Shown here: positions 12,863 through 16,046 of the stretch, piece after piece
Layout of the letters: each line of letters opens with the position of its first letter
Numbering within the stretch: position 1 is the stretch's first letter
Assembly: GCA_033762295.1 (NCBI GenBank)
Contig: JANRLW010000039.1
Location: forward strand, 1-16,046
DNA length: 16,046 nt
Direction of reading: 5' to 3'
Source of the DNA: Capsulimonadales bacterium
GTDB taxonomy: Bacteria; Armatimonadota; Armatimonadia; Armatimonadales; Armatimonadaceae
Program-made: the position numbers and the translations under genes
Notes under the pieces: generated by a model
The model's input: only the letters and a program-made list of their open reading frames with translations
Told to the model about the DNA's origin: nothing
The model's database searches: none

Positions 12863-14804
12863 TGATTCCCGTAAACGCGCCGATCAACGTCGTCAGTCCG
12901 CCGCCGAGAAGGTCGCCCGCGATCAGGCCCAGGAAGAACGGCACCGACTTCCGATAGAGCGGAGCGCCGCCGTAACGCAACGCCAGCAGTTTCAACAGCC
13001 AGGCGATGAAGAACGGCATCCAGGTCGATTCCATCGTGTTGGTGTTGGCGATGGCATACCCCACCGGATGCAGCGGCCACCAGACGAACTGCGCCCGCAA
13101 GAGCATCAGTCCCGCCGTGATCAGCAGACCCATCCCCACCGCGCCGACCCCCCGCCAGTCCGTCGGATTCGGATTGCGCAGCAGCGATACCAGTGTGTCG
13201 AACGGAACGCGTCCCTGTGACGTCCGCCAGGCGTCCGTCTTCGCCTCCGCGCCGTAATGATGCCAGAGAATCAACGCGATCACGAACGATGCGGTCAGTC
13301 CGATCACGGTGCCGAAACAGATCGCGCCGAACAGCCGACGACGGGAGACGCCGACGCTGTCCGCCATCTTCATCGCGTCGAACTGATGCGGCATCACCAT
13401 GCAGCGCAGATCGAAGTTGGCGATGGCGGGACGCAGGTAGGCGAGAACCGTCAGGTCCTGCGGCGTCAGAGAACTCGTGCCGAACGTGCGGGTCATCAGC
13501 TGGTTGATGTCGGTGTTCGGACCGAACAGCCAGGCGTTCCCGGTTTCGGCCCGGATACGGGTGGCCGCGACCATGTTACAGAAGGCGAAAAAGACCAGTA
13601 CGGCGGCGACGATCGGGTGCATCCCCGCCACCGCGCAGAAAAGGATCATCCCGCCCGCCCCGGCCAGCAGTCCGAGGAACGCGGCCCGGTAGGAGAGCGG
13701 TTCGTCGCTATCGTCGAGATCGCTACGCTCTCCGAACGCCTTATTCCATATCTCCCGAAAGTAGGATCGGTTCAGCCAGATCGGAACGAGCGCCAGAGCG
13801 ACGAACGCGCCCGCGCCCTGTTCGCCGATAAACGGAAAGGTCGCGCGTGGCGAACCGGTCATCCCCGCATCGATATTGAGCACGACCCCGATCAGGTTTT
13901 CCGCCCGTGTGACCAGAAAGAAAAACCACGAGGAGAAGGTCACGTCGACCGGAATCAGGTAGGCGATGCCCAGAACGAACGGATAGAACGAGAGGGCGGT
14001 TCGGCCCATCCGGTTCCAGGGGGGATTCTGCGCCAGAACCGCGAGATCGGTATCCGCTCGCAACGAAACCAGCGGGAAACGCGGATCGTTCAACGCCAGC
14101 GTGTTCATGATCGAGAAGGCGAACGGGATCGCCGCGCCGATCAGAAACAGCGGGTTGCGAAACAGCGGAACCCGCTCCTCCATCAAGGCCAGCGGAAGCT
14201 GCACCGTGGGGAAGGCGAGGCGTTCTCGCTCCACCCACAGCCGACGCAACAGCGACGTGAGACATAGCGTGGCAAACGCCAGCGACAGCATGAAGCCGAT
14301 CCAAGCGCCCATCTGCGGAAGCCAGAGCGGCCAATCCGGCGTCGTCCCGCCCTTGTAAAAACCACTGAGCGCCTGCGGGTGCTTCTGCGCGATCCAGTCA
14401 GGAATGAAGCGATGAAAGGTGCCCGCCCAGGCATTATCGCCGGTGGCGTAGTGAAAGGCGGCGGTCACCGTCGGGATGATGAAGTGTAGCTGGCCGGAGG
14501 AGGACAGCACGGCGGAGGACGCGATCATCGAATAGACGACGAGCAGTTCGCCGCCCGACAACGCCAGCGAGGGCATCAGATGACGGCCAAGCAGGTTCAA
14601 AGCCGACAGCATCAGCAGCACGAAGAACGGACCGACCGGCGTCGATGTCGCGGCGATGGCGGTATGCCCTTGCGCTCCGCCCATCACCAGTTCGGCGTAA
14701 TGGATCCAGAGATCGACCAGGACGGTGAAGACGACCCCGAGGAGCAGGGCACGCGGCGTCACCCCGGTCCTCCCTGCCCCCTCCGTTCCCGTCGACGTCG
14801 CCAT
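12840..14804 (-). CDS. large polytopic integral membrane protein (at least 14 predicted TM helices), family not recognised
   Basis: A 654-aa ORF with uniformly GC3-rich codons and many hydrophobic helices throughout (LLLGVVFTVLVDLW, FFVLLMLSALNLLG, IGFMLSLAFATLCLTSLL, GMILFCAVAGMHPIVAAVLVFFAF, GLLITAGLMLL, LIGAFTGINVY...). It starts 9 nt after the stop of the upstream gene and overlaps the downstream PhyH gene. Confidence 0.8.
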   Translation of the reverse strand: MATSTGTEGAGRTGVTPRALLLGVVFTVLVDLWIHYAELVMGGAQGHTAIAATSTPVGPFFVLLMLSALNLLGRHLMPSLALSGGELLVVYSMIASSAVLSSSGQLHFIIPTVTAAFHYATGDNAWAGTFHRFIPDWIAQKHPQALSGFYKGGTTPDWPLWLPQMGAWIGFMLSLAFATLCLTSLLRRLWVERERLAFPTVQLPLALMEERVPLFRNPLFLIGAAIPFAFSIMNTLALNDPRFPLVSLRADTDLAVLAQNPPWNRMGRTALSFYPFVLGIAYLIPVDVTFSSWFFFLVTRAENLIGVVLNIDAGMTGSPRATFPFIGEQGAGAFVALALVPIWLNRSYFREIWNKAFGERSDLDDSDEPLSYRAAFLGLLAGAGGMILFCAVAGMHPIVAAVLVFFAFCNMVAATRIRAETGNAWLFGPNTDINQLMTRTFGTSSLTPQDLTVLAYLRPAIANFDLRCMVMPHQFDAMKMADSVGVSRRRLFGAICFGTVIGLTASFVIALILWHHYGAEAKTDAWRTSQGRVPFDTLVSLLRNPNPTDWRGVGAVGMGLLITAGLMLLRAQFVWWPLHPVGYAIANTNTMESTWMPFFIAWLLKLLALRYGGAPLYRKSVPFFLGLIAGDLLGGGLTTLIGAFTGINVYPINW

Positions 14805-14813
14805 AGCGCTATC

Positions 14814-16046
14814 TTAGCACGGATTCGCCGTGCCGAAAACGCCCGGGGCGGAAGCGAGGACCCGGACCGGACCGAGGAGGCCGGACGGCAACGGCGTCCA
14901 ATCGGCCGCATCGAACGGCTGGTAGCGAATATTCACGAAGAGGAACGGACGCCAGGCATCCCCCTGCTCACGTTCCAGAGCGGCGAGCCGGTTCGCCATC
15001 AGGTTGATAACCTCGATCTCCAGCAGGTTGCCGGTCGGACGCAGAAGATCGGCGGGCAGCGTCACGCACCACGGGCGGCAGAAGACGACGCCGAGATCGA
15101 CGTCGTTCAGAGTCACCCGGGCGCTATGGCAGACCTGCCCGAGCGAGAGACACCGGTCCCCGGGCGGTCCGTCCGCAGGCAGGTCGAAGGTGACCGTGTA
15201 CCGCGCCATCCCGGAGAAGGCGCGGAGCGTCTCCCGATCCGCCTCGTCTTCGCCCTCCCATGTCGTCCAGTCGGAAAGGATCGAAACGGTACGGGCGACG
15301 GGCAGGGTCGGACCGCCGCTGACGAACGTCACGCGCCACGGACCGACGAGTGGGAACCCGTCGTCCGTTACCGCCTCGCCGATGGCAGCGGGCCGTCTCC
15401 CGGCAGCGGCCCGCAGTGTCCGGAGGAGGAGCGAACCGCCCGGCGGAAGACGGAGCGGCAGACTGCCGTCCCGGTGCGACGGCGAGAGCGTGGTCCGCTC
15501 TCCCGTCAAAGGATCGGATACCTGCGCGGACGACATCCGGCGTGCCAGCACGACATCGGCCCGAATTTCGGTCGCGCCCGGAGTGGTCACGAAGTAGGTA
15601 TGCGTTCCGTCGGGGTGCCGGCGTCTGACGAACTCCATCCCTTGATCGGTCATCGGTTCACGGGGAACCCCGGCGGCGGCGAGCAGGGCCAGAGGATCGG
15701 GACCGATCCGCACCCGACCGGAGTGAAGGTGTCGCTGCAGCCGTTCCCGGGCATGCTCCAGGACGCGGCGACGGCCTTCGAGATCGAACAGACCCGGCAC
15801 GTCGGCGGGCAGGCCGCCAGCCAGCAGGAGGGTCGCGCCAAGGTCCGCCAGATCGGCCAGGCGCAGAGCGGTCTCCGCCGGCATCCGTGCGCAGCCCGCG
15901 ACCAGGATCGCCTGCCAGTGTGTCCGCTGATCGGTCGCCGTCAGGCCGGTACGGGAGTAGTAGCCGATCTCCTGCCGCAACTGACGGTCGGAGACGAGGT
16001 CGAAGGCGTACCCGCGTTCCTCCAGCCGACGCGCCGTCTCACAAAA
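14814..16046 (-). CDS. C-terminal part of a large protein, probably glycoside-hydrolase-like with a galactose-binding-domain-like beta-sandwich; N-terminus lies outside the window
   Basis: The minus-strand frame is open from the window end to TAA at 14814-14816. The segment ARYTVTFDLPADGPPGDRCLSLGQVCHSARVTLNDVDLGVVFCRPWCVTLPADLLRPTGNLLEIEVINLMANRL resembles the sugar-binding beta-sandwich of GH2-like enzymes. HWQAILVAGCARMPAETALRLADLADLGATLLLAGG resembles a beta-galactosidase-type flavodoxin-like domain. The assignment is tentative. Confidence 0.6.
   Translation of the reverse strand, partial: FCETARRLEERGYAFDLVSDRQLRQEIGYYSRTGLTATDQRTHWQAILVAGCARMPAETALRLADLADLGATLLLAGGLPADVPGLFDLEGRRRVLEHARERLQRHLHSGRVRIGPDPLALLAAAGVPREPMTDQGMEFVRRRHPDGTHTYFVTTPGATEIRADVVLARRMSSAQVSDPLTGERTTLSPSHRDGSLPLRLPPGGSLLLRTLRAAAGRRPAAIGEAVTDDGFPLVGPWRVTFVSGGPTLPVARTVSILSDWTTWEGEDEADRETLRAFSGMARYTVTFDLPADGPPGDRCLSLGQVCHSARVTLNDVDLGVVFCRPWCVTLPADLLRPTGNLLEIEVINLMANRLAALEREQGDAWRPFLFVNIRYQPFDAADWTPLPSGLLGPVRVLASAPGVFGTANPC

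Noticed and set aside
12865-12876. CGTAAACGCGC, resembling half of the TTTACGCGTAAA operator, at the membrane-protein/PhyH junction
   Set aside because: It is a single half-site inside coding sequence with no inverted partner, so it is probably a chance match.
13257-14267. 336-aa plus-strand ORF (plus several other plus-strand ORFs) opposite the 654-aa membrane protein
   Set aside because: It is an R/D/E/Q-rich hydrophilic low-complexity product. The minus strand encodes a continuous, uniformly hydrophobic multi-TM protein with better codon bias.
15004-15597. 197-aa plus-strand ORF opposite the GH-like gene
   Set aside because: It is antisense, R/S-rich and has no motifs.

Overview
This is a high-GC (about 65-67%) bacterial chromosomal segment and looks like core or accessory metabolic DNA, not a mobile element. 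I found no rRNA, tRNA, CRISPR array, transposase or integrase. The gene content (DUF1559 pseudopilin-like protein, flotillin, Shine-Dalgarno-using genes) is compatible with a PVC-group or related Gram-negative genome; this is inference only. Left to right, the window contains: (i) the 3' end of a repeat protein with CsbD-like motifs, followed by a clean intrinsic terminator; (ii) a small 4-TM membrane protein; (iii) prfC (release factor 3); (iv) a secreted SMP-30/gluconolactonase-type beta-propeller; (v) a convergent minus-strand block of LacI-family repressor -> DUF1559 prepilin-like (H-X9-DG) protein -> small lipoprotein, with two TTTAC-N2-GTAAA palindromes and a sigma70-like promoter upstream of the repressor; (vi) a minus-strand MsbA-type ABC exporter carrying odd low-complexity insertions; (vii) a plus-strand NfeD/YqiJ-like -> flotillin (FloT/YqiK-like) -> class I SAM methyltransferase operon; (viii) a 240-nt convergent intergenic region with hairpins, an SD-preceded 15-codon ORF and a strong plus-strand terminator embedded in the 3' end of the opposing gene; (ix) a tight minus-strand operon of a glycoside-hydrolase-like protein (N-terminus outside the window) -> 654-aa polytopic membrane protein of unknown family -> PhyH-family Fe(II)/2OG dioxygenase. 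Several very long antisense ORFs, including a 949-aa one opposite flotillin, are high-GC artefacts. The least characterised content is the LacI-DUF1559-lipoprotein unit and the GH-like/membrane-protein/PhyH operon.
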